From: an uncultured Spirochaetaceae bacterium
Lineage (GTDB): Bacteria; Myxococcota_A; UBA9160; UBA4427
NCBI GenBank assembly: GCA_964435795.1
Contig: CAYTAT010000003.1
Coordinates: forward strand, 128,981-192,980
Length of the DNA: 64,000 nt
Reading direction: 5' to 3'
Below are positions 18,588-29,151 of the stretch, piece by piece (position 1 is the stretch's first letter; each line of letters starts with the position of its first letter). A model generated the notes under the pieces. The model made no database searches. It saw only the letters and a program-made list of their open reading frames with translations, and was not told the DNA's origin. Both the position numbers and the translations under genes were made by a program.

Positions 18588-19462
18588 GCAATGATGAGTT
18601 CGGGATCCACCATGGGGATGAGGTGACCGGCAGCCACATCGACGATTTCTGCTGCGCCCATTTTCGCCGCGAGTTCTTCGTAGACTTCGCGGGGGAAATT
18701 GCCCTGCTGGGCCCATAGAAGCAGTGCGGGCACCATGACTCGCGACGCCAGATCCAAGATTTCCAGAGAATCCGACGCCTCGAAAATCAGCGCCTCCACT
18801 TCTCCCGGGCATTTGAGCTCGACCTGACCATCCGGACGGTCGCGCAGGCCCTCCTCCACGTAGAGATCCAGCGCACGCGGCGTCCAATCCGCAAAGACGG
18901 GTTTCTCGGAGAAGAGCTGCCGGGCCAATTCCCGATCGGGCCAGATCTGTCGACGACGACGAGCACCTTCGATCAGGGGCGAGGGTTCTTCGCGGCGCAA
19001 CGCCTCCCACTCGGGAGAAATGATGACGGGATCCACCAGAACGATGCGCTCGTAGAGACCGGGCCGCCTCGCCTCAGCGGCCAGGGTGAGGGTGCCGCCG
19101 AATGAATGACCGAGTCCCAGGCCAATCCGCGACTCCCCCGTCTCCACCAGCAGTCTTTCGGCCACGGCCAGCAGATCGTCCGCCAGCACCCTCCATTGGA
19201 AGGCCTCGGAACGCAGACCCTCTCGCGGTAGCGAGGACTCCCCATGACCCCGGGCGTCCATCGCGACCACCCTGAAGCGATCGCGCAGACGTTCGGCGAT
19301 CGGCGCCCAGAGCGAGGCACAAAACCCATTGGCGTGGTGGAGCAGGGCCAGGGGTCCGTCCCCGCCCCAATCCTCCAATCCGATCTCGACGCCCGACTCA
19401 CTCAACTCAATGCGCCGGCGCACGACATCATCGGGAAGGGGAGAACGATCCCTCGTCACCAT
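18563..19462 (-). CDS. alpha/beta hydrolase fold protein
   Basis: ORF 18563..19462. Shows VVAMDARGHGES and the nucleophile elbow GLGHSFGG. Its 3' end overlaps mpg convergently by 25 nt. Confidence 0.8.
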   Translation of the reverse strand: MVTRDRSPLPDDVVRRRIELSESGVEIGLEDWGGDGPLALLHHANGFCASLWAPIAERLRDRFRVVAMDARGHGESSLPREGLRSEAFQWRVLADDLLAVAERLLVETGESRIGLGLGHSFGGTLTLAAEARRPGLYERIVLVDPVIISPEWEALRREEPSPLIEGARRRRQIWPDRELARQLFSEKPVFADWTPRALDLYVEEGLRDRPDGQVELKCPGEVEALIFEASDSLEILDLASRVMVPALLLWAQQGNFPREVYEELAAKMGAAEIVDVAAGHLIPMVDPELIIAQVLDFCA

Positions 19463-19524
19463 ATTGGATACTCCTCCTTGTGACGAGATCGAACCGCCCC
19501 GCCGCGACGCGTTATGCTGAGATC

Positions 19525-20163
19525 ATGTCGACCGCACAATTCAGCATGGACGACCACCTGCGCGGGCGCATACTAGCCAATTTTGCCAACTTCGAGCGCC
19601 ATTCGAAGGACGCCGAGGATCTCATCCGGGCCGCGGTGACCCTGCTGCTGATCGGCGACAATCGGGGAGAGGCCTGCTTCGTAATTACCCGCAGGGCCTC
19701 GGGACTGCGTGACCATCCCGGCCAGTGGGCGCTACCTGGAGGGCGTGCGAATCCCGGAGAGAGCGCCATCGAAGCGGCCCTGCGAGAAACTCGCGAGGAA
19801 ATCGGCCTCGAACTCGATACGAACACCGTAATCGGCCTGCTCGACGACTACCCCACCCGATCGGGTTTCCTGATCACCCCGGTCGTCGTCTGGGGCGGGA
19901 TCGAGCCGGACCTGATCGCAGATCCGAACGAGGTCGCCGAAATTTATTGCATTCCCCTGGCCGACCTCGAAAAACCCGATGTCCCGCGCCTGAGGACGAT
20001 TCCCGAGAGCGACCGGCCCGTGATCTCGATCCCGATCGAGACTTTGGGGGCCAACATCCACGCCCCCACGGCCGCCATCCTCTACCAACTGCGCGAGGTG
20101 GCCGTGCGGGGAAAGTCGACCCGGGTCGCTCACTTCGAAGAGCCGGTCTTCGCCTGGAAATAG
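19525..20163 (+). CDS. NUDIX hydrolase (CoA pyrophosphatase-like)
   Basis: ORF 19480..20163. Nudix box is GGRANPGESAIEAALRETREEIGL. Start taken at ATG 19525. Confidence 0.8.
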   Translation: MSTAQFSMDDHLRGRILANFANFERHSKDAEDLIRAAVTLLLIGDNRGEACFVITRRASGLRDHPGQWALPGGRANPGESAIEAALRETREEIGLELDTNTVIGLLDDYPTRSGFLITPVVVWGGIEPDLIADPNEVAEIYCIPLADLEKPDVPRLRTIPESDRPVISIPIETLGANIHAPTAAILYQLREVAVRGKSTRVAHFEEPVFAWK

Positions 20164-20362
20164 GAGCGCTATGCTGGGCGCCCGAGAATCCGAATCGGTT
20201 GCCACCCGTCGAGGTCTTCGAGAAGGGCGAACGATCCTCGAGCAGGTCAGGAGTCGGGCGGACTCCGGTCGGCCGCGAGCCCGATAGCCGACAGCCAACC
20301 CTTCGCAGCCAGAAAGGCCGGCGCGCGGGCGCACCAGCGCCAAAGCGCACCAGGCAAGGAAA

Positions 20363-21802
20363 TTGCCCGAACCCAACGATCCCAATGCTTCGAGCGCCGC
20401 TCCCCGCAGCCTCTTCTGGCGCTGGCGCCACCGCGACCATACCCGGGGCAGTCTCGTCGTCTCCCTGGTGACACTCGCCCTGCCCCTGGTGGCCACCAGC
20501 CTCTGCGGCGGTGTGCTCTTCCAACTCGTCGATCTGAAGCTGATCAGTGGCCTCGGAGATCAATCCGTCACCGCCGTGGTCGTCACCAACCAATCCCTGC
20601 GACAATTCTTCTTCATGCTCGTGATGGGCGCCAGCTTCGGCACCCAGGGCCTGGTCGCCCGCAATATCGGACAGAACAACCGGGACGGAGCCGACCACGT
20701 CGCCGGTCAGACCGTCCTGATGGGATTGCTGCTCTCGTCGGGGCTGGCCGTCATCGGCCTCGCCTTCCCCGCTCAACTGCTGGGCCTGATGAATGTCTCC
20801 GCGGAAGTACTCGCCATCGGCATCCCCTATGTGCGGCTCGTCTTTCTGCTCAACTTCGGCTTCGTCTTCGTCAACATCTTCAACGCCATCCTGAACGGAG
20901 CCGGCGATACGGCCACGCCCTTTCTGATCGCCGTGGTGCAGAGCCTGCTGGCCCTCTTCGGCGAGTGGTGCCTGATCTACGGAAATCTGGGCATGCCGGC
21001 CCTGGGAGTGAGCGGCGTGGCCCTGGGGGTCGGCGTGGGCCAGCTCGGCTCCATCTGCCTGATCAGCCGGGTTCTCTTCAGCGGGTCGAGTCGCGTGCAC
21101 GTGCGAACACGCCATATGCGTCCGGACCCCCGCATGATGAAGGAGATCCTGCTGATTTCCTGGCCCCCGGCGATCCAGATGCTCGGCACATTCCTGGTGA
21201 CGGTCTTCTTCATCCGGATCATGGGCGATTTCGGTGAAAAGGCTCAAACCGCCTACTCGATCGGCCTTCGCATGGGCATGCTGGGCCCCATGATTTCCTT
21301 CCCCCTCGCGGGTGCCGTCGCCACGCTGGTGGGTCAGGCCCTGGGATCCGACAATATTCCGAGGGCCTGGCGGGCCATCCGGGTGGGGATCCTGGTCCAC
21401 GGCACTCTGCTATGGGGCCTGGCGATCCTGCTCTACGTCTTCCGCGAGAACCTGCTCCATCTATTTACCCAGGATCCGGAAGTCATCGCCGTCGGCAGCC
21501 GAATGCTCGCCTGGCAAGCACTTTCCTTCGTATTCCTGGCCTTCCTCTTCGTCTTCTTTCGGGCCATGCAGGGCGCGGGAGATGTCGTGGTTCCGATGCT
21601 GATTTCGGTGTTGAACTCGGCCCTGCTGGCCCTGCCCCTGGGCATCTTTCTGGCCAAGAATTGGGGCATGGGACCCGAGGGACTCTTCATCGCGCAATTC
21701 GTCAGCGCCGTGACGAGCACCCTGCTGACCGGGGCCTGGGTGGCGACCGGGCGCTGGACCCGGGCTCATGCGGGCGCCCCCTTCATGGGAGCGGCCAGCT
21801 AG
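20363..21802 (+). CDS. MATE family efflux transporter
   Basis: ORF 20363..21802. 12-TM-like protein whose N-terminal LALPLVATSL...QLVDLKLISGLG pattern is typical of MATE. Confidence 0.85.
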   Translation: MPEPNDPNASSAAPRSLFWRWRHRDHTRGSLVVSLVTLALPLVATSLCGGVLFQLVDLKLISGLGDQSVTAVVVTNQSLRQFFFMLVMGASFGTQGLVARNIGQNNRDGADHVAGQTVLMGLLLSSGLAVIGLAFPAQLLGLMNVSAEVLAIGIPYVRLVFLLNFGFVFVNIFNAILNGAGDTATPFLIAVVQSLLALFGEWCLIYGNLGMPALGVSGVALGVGVGQLGSICLISRVLFSGSSRVHVRTRHMRPDPRMMKEILLISWPPAIQMLGTFLVTVFFIRIMGDFGEKAQTAYSIGLRMGMLGPMISFPLAGAVATLVGQALGSDNIPRAWRAIRVGILVHGTLLWGLAILLYVFRENLLHLFTQDPEVIAVGSRMLAWQALSFVFLAFLFVFFRAMQGAGDVVVPMLISVLNSALLALPLGIFLAKNWGMGPEGLFIAQFVSAVTSTLLTGAWVATGRWTRAHAGAPFMGAAS

Positions 21803-21943
21803 TCCCGATTCGTCCCACCCCGACGACTCGCCAGCGGACCCCGGAACTCGGGAGACCGCATCCCACCCCTTCGAGGAGGATCGACCCGGCTCCAGCGAGG
21901 CCGATACGCTGCGAGCGGATCCCGATTCCCTGGAGGAAGGGAG

Positions 21944-21972
21944 GGTTCCGATGTGTCTATCGCATCGGAACC
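21944..21972. terminator. hairpin in convergent intergenic region (MATE / SPFH); possible terminator
   Basis: 10-bp stem GGTTCCGATG / CATCGGAACC with a 9-nt loop. No clear T-tract. Confidence 0.3.
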
Positions 21973-22035
21973 GAGACGGCGCCTCCAGGGAGACGGACCT
22001 TCCCGAGATTCCCTTCCGCTGCTTCCGCCGAGGCC

Positions 22036-22917
22036 CTAGTTGTTTTCGCCGATGTGCAGAAGAGGCAGGGGTTGGCTGCTATTCGAATCCATGAAGTAGA
22101 GCTTGGAAGCCGGATCCTCCGACATCTTCTTCAGGGCTTCGAGAGCCTGGAGCTGGATATAGGCGGGGTTCTTCGCCACCGCGCGGTTGATCGCGGCGAT
22201 TTCGTAGGCCTTGGCGTCGGCGAGAATTTTCACCGTCTTGGCCTGCTCCTCCGCGGCCTGGCGCTTGGCTTCGGCCTCGGCCACCGCCTGTTGCTGCTCG
22301 GTTCGGAAGCGCTCCAGCTCCGCCTTCTCCCTTTCGACCGCCTGCTCCCGCTCCTTCTTCTGTTCAATCGCATTCGCGAGCACCGGGGGAAGATTGATGC
22401 CGCGGACGAGAACGGATTCGATGATGATTCCCTTCTTCCCAACGAATGCAGAAAGTCCCTCCTGAAGTCCAGCCGCCAGATGATCCCGCGTCTCCTCGAG
22501 GAAGAAGTCCTCGGCTCGTGCGATATTGGTACCCAATTCCCGCAGCAGGGAACGAACCTTCGGGATCATGTGGACCGCAATCACCTGGCTCTCATTGCCC
22601 GTATCCCGGAAGATCAACGGGGCCTTCGATGCGTCGAGGCGATACTGAATGCTGAGATCGATCTTGGTCAGGAGCTGATCCCGGGTCGGCACCTCGATCC
22701 CCGGCAGCTTCGTGGACTTCTGTCGCACGTCCATATCGTACCAGGCGAGGATCGGGTTCACGGGAAAATGTGGACCCTCCGGATAGGGATGGTCCTCTAC
22801 CTCACCAAAGAAAGTCGCCACGCCCACGTGTCCGGCTGGCACCTGATGGAAAAACTGCCGACCTGAAATCAGGACGGCGAGAACCACGACGAGTATGATC
22901 GTAGACTTGGGATTCAC
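22036..22917 (-). CDS. SPFH/Band 7 (prohibitin-like) membrane protein
   Basis: ORF 22036..22917. N-terminal TM, SPFH core and an Ala/Glu-rich coiled coil (EREKAELERFRTEQQQAVAEAEAKRQAAEEQAK). Confidence 0.85.
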   Translation of the reverse strand: MNPKSTIILVVVLAVLISGRQFFHQVPAGHVGVATFFGEVEDHPYPEGPHFPVNPILAWYDMDVRQKSTKLPGIEVPTRDQLLTKIDLSIQYRLDASKAPLIFRDTGNESQVIAVHMIPKVRSLLRELGTNIARAEDFFLEETRDHLAAGLQEGLSAFVGKKGIIIESVLVRGINLPPVLANAIEQKKEREQAVEREKAELERFRTEQQQAVAEAEAKRQAAEEQAKTVKILADAKAYEIAAINRAVAKNPAYIQLQALEALKKMSEDPASKLYFMDSNSSQPLPLLHIGENN

Positions 22918-23054
22918 GGTATTCTCCTAAATGGCTTGAGACCTGGCAGCCCGATCGGGCGGCTACCGGGCAGGGTAACGTGAGAGGACGGAAGGCGCCG
23001 CGTCGAACCCGGCCGGAAGGGCGGAATCGGGGCGGCGCACTGCGGCAAAGAGGC

Positions 23055-24197
23055 TCAACGGATCGCCTTGACGTCTCTCAGGGCCGAGATCCGCTCGGAG
23101 CTGAAACCCAGCTCGGTCAGGATTTCCGAGGTATGCTGCCCTTCAAAGGAAGGCGGACGCTGCAATTCCGGCGGGGTTCGGCTGAAGCGAGGGGCGGGAG
23201 CGGGCTGCACCACGCCCGCCACCTCGACAAAAGTGTCGCGCGCCTTCATATGAGGATGCTCGGGAGCCTCCTGCAGATCGAGAACCGGGGCAAAACAGAC
23301 ATCGGTACCCTCCATGATTTCCGACCATTCATCCCGGGTGCGCGTCCCGATGACCTCCGCTACGCGCCCCTTCAGATCCGCCCATTGCGTGCGATCCATC
23401 TGGGCCGGCAGATCCTCTTCGCCCAGACCCGTCTGTTCGAGGAGCAGCGCGTAAAATTGGGGTTCGATCGAACCCAGGGAAATGTATTTCCCATCACTCG
23501 TCTCGTAGACATCGTAGAAATGGGCTCCGGTATCGAGGATGTTGCTGCCGCGATCCGATTGCCAGACCCCCATGGCCTGCATGCTGTAGATCATGGCCAT
23601 CAGGGCCGAGGCACCGTCGACCATCGCGGCATCGACCACCTGGCCCTCGCCCGAGGTGGCGCGCTCCACCAGCGCACAGACGACTCCGTAGGCCAATAAC
23701 ATCCCGCCCCCACCGAAATCACCGATGAGATTCAGGGGGGGGACGGGGGCCTCTCCCCGGCGACCGATCGCGTGCAGAGCTCCCGTGAGCGCGATGTAGT
23801 TGATATCGTGGCCCGCCGCCTTCGCGAGGGGGCCCTCCTGGCCCCAGCCCGTCATGCGGCCAAAAATGATTCGTGGGTTGCGCTCCAGGCAGATGTCGGG
23901 TCCCAGGCCCAGCCTTTCCATCACCCCCGGCCGAAAGCCTTCGAGGATCACATCCGATTTTTCCAGCATCTGGAGCACGGTCTCGACGCCCTCGGCACTC
24001 TTGAGATTGACGGCCACGCTGCGTCGGCCCCGGGCGAGCACATCCTTGGGTGGATCATCGGGATCGCCTCCCCGCACCCGATCGGCCCGATCGATGCGAA
24101 TCACGTCGGCCCCCATATCGGAGAGCATCATCCCCGCAAAGGGTCCCGGGCCAATTCCGGCAACTTCGAGAATTCTAACTCCCTTGAGCGGTCCCAT
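23055..24197 (-). CDS. family III CoA-transferase (CaiB/BaiF; alpha-methylacyl-CoA racemase-like)
   Basis: ORF 23055..24281 trimmed to ATG 24197. MGPLKGVRILEVAGIGPGPFAGMMLSDMGADVIRIDR resembles the AMACR/CaiB N-terminus. Confidence 0.85.
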   Translation of the reverse strand: MGPLKGVRILEVAGIGPGPFAGMMLSDMGADVIRIDRADRVRGGDPDDPPKDVLARGRRSVAVNLKSAEGVETVLQMLEKSDVILEGFRPGVMERLGLGPDICLERNPRIIFGRMTGWGQEGPLAKAAGHDINYIALTGALHAIGRRGEAPVPPLNLIGDFGGGGMLLAYGVVCALVERATSGEGQVVDAAMVDGASALMAMIYSMQAMGVWQSDRGSNILDTGAHFYDVYETSDGKYISLGSIEPQFYALLLEQTGLGEEDLPAQMDRTQWADLKGRVAEVIGTRTRDEWSEIMEGTDVCFAPVLDLQEAPEHPHMKARDTFVEVAGVVQPAPAPRFSRTPPELQRPPSFEGQHTSEILTELGFSSERISALRDVKAIR

Positions 24198-24308
24198 CTT
24201 CCTGCCTCCCCAATATCCCAAATTCCTGCGCCGACAATCCCGATCCCCTTCTGCGGGTCGCCAGCATACACCAGCGGACACGGCCCGGGTTCCAATCGCG
24301 CAAGCGCT

Positions 24309-26360
24309 TCAGTAGAAATTACGATAGACGTGAAGGCTGCGCAGGACTCTCTTCACGTAGGCCCGGGTCTGCCCATAGGGGATGTCCTCGACCCAGACGT
24401 CGTCCTCGAGTTCTGCCGCGGCGCCTTCCAACCACGCGGCCACCGCCGTCGGACCCGCGTTATAGCTTCCGATCACCGCGGAGAGGCGGGTCGGGAAGAG
24501 GCCCGCGAGGCGGTCGAGATAGGCGGCGCCCAGGGCAATATTGGTCGCCGGGGAAAAGAGCGCTTCCGGATCCTCGAACTCGGCCAGGCCCGAGCGAGCC
24601 GCCGTACGCCGGGCGGTCTCCGGCATCAATTGGAGCAGGCCCCTGGCGCCCGCCGAGGACATCACCCGGGGCCGAAAACTGCTTTCCTCGCGCATGATCG
24701 CCCAGACCAGAGCGGCTTCCACGCGTCCCGTTGCGGGCAGGCTGGTCTCGACGAGTTCGCGGTAGGCGGGGGGCCAGCTCAGCCAGAAGAGCTTTTCGAA
24801 GCCCGAGCGAAGGCCCTTCCCGAGCAGGGGCGAATAGGCTTCGACCGCCAGCAGCTGGGCCCTATGGTAGTCGCCCGCACCGGCCAGCAGGCGCCCCAGC
24901 CGAATGCGATCGGTGAGACTGCGCGCCTCGGGCAGCAGGGGCCGGATCTCCTCGGCCGCCCGTTCCTGCAGGCCCGCTTCGAGTAGCAATGCAATCCGCT
25001 GCAGGCGATCCTCCGGAATCCGACCGCTCGCTTTCCCCGCCTTCAGCTCGGGATCGGCCGACGCGATCAGGTCGAACTCCCCCAGCCGCTGCTGGGCTCG
25101 CCAACCGTAGTAGGAGAGCTTCCAGCCTCCGGCCAGGGAGGCCAGTTCGCTGCGGGCCAGGCTCTGTTTCCCGGCGGCCTCGGCCGAACGCGCCGCCCAA
25201 TATCGCGGCCTCAAGCGCAGCAACTCATCCGCCTCGCGTTCCGACATCTTCTGGAAGGTGCTGCGGGCGAGCTCGAATTCGCCACGCCGCCAGGCCGACC
25301 AGCCAATTCTCCACAGAGCCCGCTGAGCCTGTTCCGGATCCAGGGAATGACTGGCCACCCGCTCGTAATGCAGCATCGCCCGGCGATCTGCGGCCCGATC
25401 CTCCAACAGGCTTCCGGCCAGATAGGCGGCCTCGATCGCGAGATCGTCCTCTCCGCCGGCGGCGAGTTCCTCGAAAATCTGGATGGCGATATCGATCCGG
25501 CCCCGGCGCGCTTGGGATCGAGCATTCCAGAAACGCGCCCTGGGCTCATCGCCCAGGGCCTCGAATTCCGCCTGGGCCCGGTCGTACTCGCGCAGACGGA
25601 AGAGGGCCGTCGCGAGTTGGAAACGCGCCTTTCGGGCATCGTCCCGGGCCAGCTCCCCCGCCAGGGCCTCGCGATAGACCGCGACCGCCTCCGCGCTGCG
25701 GCCCGAGGCGAAGAGTTCCCCCGCGACCGACAGCGCCTGCCCGGAAGTCCGAATTCCCGGTGGCAGCTCGGCGGGCAGGCTGGCTTCGGGAAAAGCCGAG
25801 CCCAGAAGGGTCTCGGGGGCGAGCGCCGGGTCGAGTTCTCCGCTCCTCTGCCGCGACCGGATGATCGATAGCCGAAGCGCCCGCCGCTCCTCGAGATCCA
25901 GGCTCTCCGCCAGCACCCGATGCCAGAGAACCCGGGCCTGCTCCTCCTCTCCCGTTTTTGCGAGGGCGTCGCCCTCGAGGCGAGTCAACTGGCGGGCCAG
26001 CTCCGAATCGCCCAGCCGACCCCGAGTCTTCGCCGCCAGCCGTGCGGCCTCGGCGGGCGAGCCGCGCCCCAACAGCAGCCGAACCCGCTCATGATCCGCA
26101 TAGTCGGAGAGCAATTCCTCGGCGACCACTCGCGGCAGGGCCTTCGCTGCCGCCTCAAGATCCGCCGCGTCGAGCGCCCGGGTGGCCTCGCCCAAAGCTC
26201 TTGCCGCGGCGATCTGGGATTCGCTCAACGCAATCCCGTGGCCCTGGGAAATGGAGGAGGGCAGCAGCCCGACCGCCGAGAGCGGTGGCGGCGACCCCAT
26301 TAGGAAGAGCAGCAGCCAAAGCCCGATCCGGCTCCTTCCCACGACACTCTGCACCCTCAT
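24309..26360 (-). CDS. soluble lytic murein transglycosylase (Slt70-like)
   Basis: ORF 24309..26495 trimmed to ATG 26360, which has a GGAGG upstream and a signal-peptide-like start. Helical-repeat N-domain, then the SLT catalytic motif MREESSFRPRVMSSAGARGLLQLMP. Confidence 0.85.
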   Translation of the reverse strand: MRVQSVVGRSRIGLWLLLFLMGSPPPLSAVGLLPSSISQGHGIALSESQIAAARALGEATRALDAADLEAAAKALPRVVAEELLSDYADHERVRLLLGRGSPAEAARLAAKTRGRLGDSELARQLTRLEGDALAKTGEEEQARVLWHRVLAESLDLEERRALRLSIIRSRQRSGELDPALAPETLLGSAFPEASLPAELPPGIRTSGQALSVAGELFASGRSAEAVAVYREALAGELARDDARKARFQLATALFRLREYDRAQAEFEALGDEPRARFWNARSQARRGRIDIAIQIFEELAAGGEDDLAIEAAYLAGSLLEDRAADRRAMLHYERVASHSLDPEQAQRALWRIGWSAWRRGEFELARSTFQKMSEREADELLRLRPRYWAARSAEAAGKQSLARSELASLAGGWKLSYYGWRAQQRLGEFDLIASADPELKAGKASGRIPEDRLQRIALLLEAGLQERAAEEIRPLLPEARSLTDRIRLGRLLAGAGDYHRAQLLAVEAYSPLLGKGLRSGFEKLFWLSWPPAYRELVETSLPATGRVEAALVWAIMREESSFRPRVMSSAGARGLLQLMPETARRTAARSGLAEFEDPEALFSPATNIALGAAYLDRLAGLFPTRLSAVIGSYNAGPTAVAAWLEGAAAELEDDVWVEDIPYGQTRAYVKRVLRSLHVYRNFY

Positions 26361-26750
26361 CCCCTCCCCCCGAAAGAGAACCGAACCCACACTCCCCAGA
26401 CTACTGCGGGCGGAACGCCGCGCCAATCCAAAGGCTCGGAGTCGACTCCGGAACTGCCGCCGATAGGCGACTTTTCGTATGGAAACCGGCCGCAAGCCTG
26501 CGGTTTCCCCGCCGCGCGCGACCCTCGTTCACAGGCTCCGTATCGAGTGTGCCGGGAGACCGCAGAATTCCTCCTTTCGAGAAAAATCGCTACAACTCAC
26601 CCGAGCGTTCCCAGGTGGCTACCCTGGGGTGATGGATCGGCAGACACACCCGCCGCGAAAGCCTCCGATTCACACGACGATCGGAAATCGGATCCGGTGC
26701 GCGTGTCGCATGGGAGAGAATTTGCGGCGAACGGCGCATCGGAGGAGTCG

Positions 26751-27728
26751 ATGAAGACCGGCATCGTTGGTGCGGGAGCCGTGGGGCTGGCGCTCGGATC
26801 CTGCCTGCATGAAGTCGGCCAGCCCCCGCTTTTCGTCATCCGCGGGGGGACCGAACCGCATCCCCTCGAGACCCACGGATTGCGACGGACGGGGCTCTTC
26901 GGCGAAGTTGCCGTCGCCCCGGAAGAGTTGAAGGTCTGCCGATCGATCGGGGACCTCGTGAAACATGAACTCGATTTTCTCCTCATCTGTACCAAGACGA
27001 CCGCGAGCGCCGCGCTGGCCCGGGAGTTGGGAGCGATCTGGTCCGAGTTGCCGCGCAAGCCGCTGCTGGTCATTTGTCAGAACGGTTGGGGGACGGCCGA
27101 GCTCTTCGCGGAGAAAGTGCCTCGAGATCGGATCGCCAACGCCCGCATCATCACCGGTTTCCGACGCAGCGGGGGCCATTGCGTCGAAGTCACTGTGCAC
27201 GCCGACGCGATTCATGTCGGATCGCTCTTCGACTCCGAAACCGAAGATATCAGCCAACTCTGCAGCGCCATCTCGCGGGGCGGCATTCCCTGCAAACCCA
27301 GTACGCGAATCGAGGCCGACCTCTGGGCCAAGCTCCTCTACAACTGCCTGCTGAACCCCCTGGGCGCACTCGCCAACGTCCCCTATGGGCGCCTCGGCGA
27401 GGAAGCCGAGACGCGAGCCCTGATGGAAAACCTGGCCCGGGAAATTTTCGACGTACTCCGCGCGAGCGGATTCGAGACCCATTGGCCGAATGCGGATCGC
27501 TACCTCGAAAGCTTCTATGGAGAATTGCTGCCCGCCACGGCAGCGCATGAATCCTCCATGCTCCAGGACGTTCGAGCGGGACGCCGCACCGAGATTGATG
27601 CGCTCTGTGGCGCCGTCGTAAAATTGGGCCAACGCCATGGCGTACCCACCCCGGTCAACCACGCTCTGACCGTACTGATCCGTGCGACCGCCCTCGGGCC
27701 GGGAAATTCGCGTTCGAGGGCGAGCTGA
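26751..27728 (+). CDS. panE: 2-dehydropantoate 2-reductase (ApbA/PanE family)
   Basis: ORF 26547..27728 trimmed to ATG 26751. MKTGIVGAGAVGLALG Rossmann start and SSMLQDVRAGRRTEID motif. Confidence 0.8.
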   Translation: MKTGIVGAGAVGLALGSCLHEVGQPPLFVIRGGTEPHPLETHGLRRTGLFGEVAVAPEELKVCRSIGDLVKHELDFLLICTKTTASAALARELGAIWSELPRKPLLVICQNGWGTAELFAEKVPRDRIANARIITGFRRSGGHCVEVTVHADAIHVGSLFDSETEDISQLCSAISRGGIPCKPSTRIEADLWAKLLYNCLLNPLGALANVPYGRLGEEAETRALMENLAREIFDVLRASGFETHWPNADRYLESFYGELLPATAAHESSMLQDVRAGRRTEIDALCGAVVKLGQRHGVPTPVNHALTVLIRATALGPGNSRSRAS

Positions 27729-27754
27729 GGATCCCCCAATACCCTCTCCCGAAA

Positions 27755-28537
27755 CTACTCGCCCCTGAACCTCGGGCGACGTTTCTCCAGGAAGGCCCGT
27801 ACGCCCTCGCTATAATCCCGGCTTTCGTAACAGCGAACGATGGCCTCGGCAAGGCTTTCCCGATCGCGGTACTCGGGGGGAAGCGCAATCTGTCCCAGGG
27901 CGAGTTTCGCGCTCCGCAACGTGAGGGGGGCGTTTTCGGCGATTTCCAGGCCGATCTCCTTCACGTAGGCATCGAGTTCGGCCTTCGGGAGCACCCGATT
28001 CACGAGACCCATGGCCAGGGCTTCGTCGGCACTGAATCTTCGCGCCGTAAAGAAGATCTCTTTGGCGGCCGGCAACCCCACCACGCGCACCAGGGATTCG
28101 AGTCCGCCGACGCTATAGCCGAGGCCGAGACGCGCTGCGGGAATCGCGAAGACCGCGTCATCCGAGGCAAAACGAAGATCCGCAGTGAGGGCGATCGCAC
28201 AGCCCCCGCCGACGCAGAATCCATGGACCAGGCCGATCAGTGGTTTCTTCAGATCGGCCAGGGCCGCGAAGGCCAGGGCATTGCGCTCGTCGTATTCGAG
28301 GGCAGCCGGGCCGATACGCGTCCGTTCGAACTCAGAAATATCCGCTCCGGAGACGAAGGCCAGTTCGCCCACGCCGCGCATGATGACGACTCGGATTTCG
28401 GGATCTCCGGCGAGATCGTCGACGAGCGGAGGAATGGCATCCCACATCTCCTCGCTGATCGCATTCCGGCGCGCTTCATGGTCGAATAGAATCCAACCGA
28501 GGTTGCCCTCTTTCTCGATCCTGACTCTTCCCGGCAT
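27755..28537 (-). CDS. enoyl-CoA hydratase/isomerase (crotonase) family
   Basis: ORF 27755..28537. Shows RNAISEEMW, FVSGADISEF, HGFCVGGGCAIAL and EGVRAFLEKRRPRF. Confidence 0.9.
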   Translation of the reverse strand: MPGRVRIEKEGNLGWILFDHEARRNAISEEMWDAIPPLVDDLAGDPEIRVVIMRGVGELAFVSGADISEFERTRIGPAALEYDERNALAFAALADLKKPLIGLVHGFCVGGGCAIALTADLRFASDDAVFAIPAARLGLGYSVGGLESLVRVVGLPAAKEIFFTARRFSADEALAMGLVNRVLPKAELDAYVKEIGLEIAENAPLTLRSAKLALGQIALPPEYRDRESLAEAIVRCYESRDYSEGVRAFLEKRRPRFRGE

Positions 28538-28606
28538 GGGGGGAAGAGTAGCGTCGGCCCGGGAACGCGGCGAGGCGAGGCGCGCGGGCGGGGGGAGTGC
28601 GACCCT

Positions 28607-29137
28607 TCAGGATTCGAAATCCAGCTGAGCGGCCAATTCGAAAACATGCTCATCCTCCGCTCCCATCGCCCGCAGCGCCCCCGCCAATTCCCGCACATAT
28701 TCGAGGTTGGATCCCGAGGGCCCGTGGCTCTCCCTCACCTGCTCCGCGATGGCTTCAATCGGGGCCGGGCCGAGATAATTCGGATTCGTGACTGCGGCGA
28801 TATAGACCAATGCCCTGATCTCGTTGACCTCGGATACGAGTTGAACGTCGACCGACTCGCGGCTGAATCCCCCGCGCTCGCGACGATCCAGGTTGGCCAG
28901 GACACTGCGCCGCCGATTCTCTTCCACGCGGTAGGCCACACCCCAGCAGCGGGCATCGACTTCCTCGATCAGGGTCACGACTCGACCGGGGCGCCCGGGC
29001 AAGCCGCGGTGATCCGTCGAAGCCTGCCAGAAACGACGGGCGCGACTGTTGATAAAACCCTCCCGGCGTTCGCTGAATTCAAAATCGGGTCGCCAGATCA
29101 GGGATCCGTAGCCAAAGATCCAGAGTGCTTCCCCCAT
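28607..29137 (-). CDS. chaC: gamma-glutamylcyclotransferase, ChaC family
   Basis: ORF 28607..29155. Shows WIFGYGSLIWRPDF and RRFWQASTDHRGLPGRPGRVVTL. ATG 29137 with AGGA upstream is preferred over TTG 29155. Confidence 0.85.
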   Translation of the reverse strand: MGEALWIFGYGSLIWRPDFEFSERREGFINSRARRFWQASTDHRGLPGRPGRVVTLIEEVDARCWGVAYRVEENRRRSVLANLDRRERGGFSRESVDVQLVSEVNEIRALVYIAAVTNPNYLGPAPIEAIAEQVRESHGPSGSNLEYVRELAGALRAMGAEDEHVFELAAQLDFES

Positions 29138-29151
29138 CGAATCCTGAGACT

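Noticed and set aside
19874-21400. 508-aa minus-strand ORF overlapping the Nudix and MATE genes.
   Set aside because: His/Gly/Asp/Arg-rich nonsense composition. The opposite strand encodes clear Nudix and MATE proteins.
21412-22866. 484-aa plus-strand ORF spanning the MATE 3' end and antisense to the SPFH gene.
   Set aside because: No motifs and an Arg/Pro/Gly/Leu-rich composition. The minus strand encodes a clear prohibitin-like protein.
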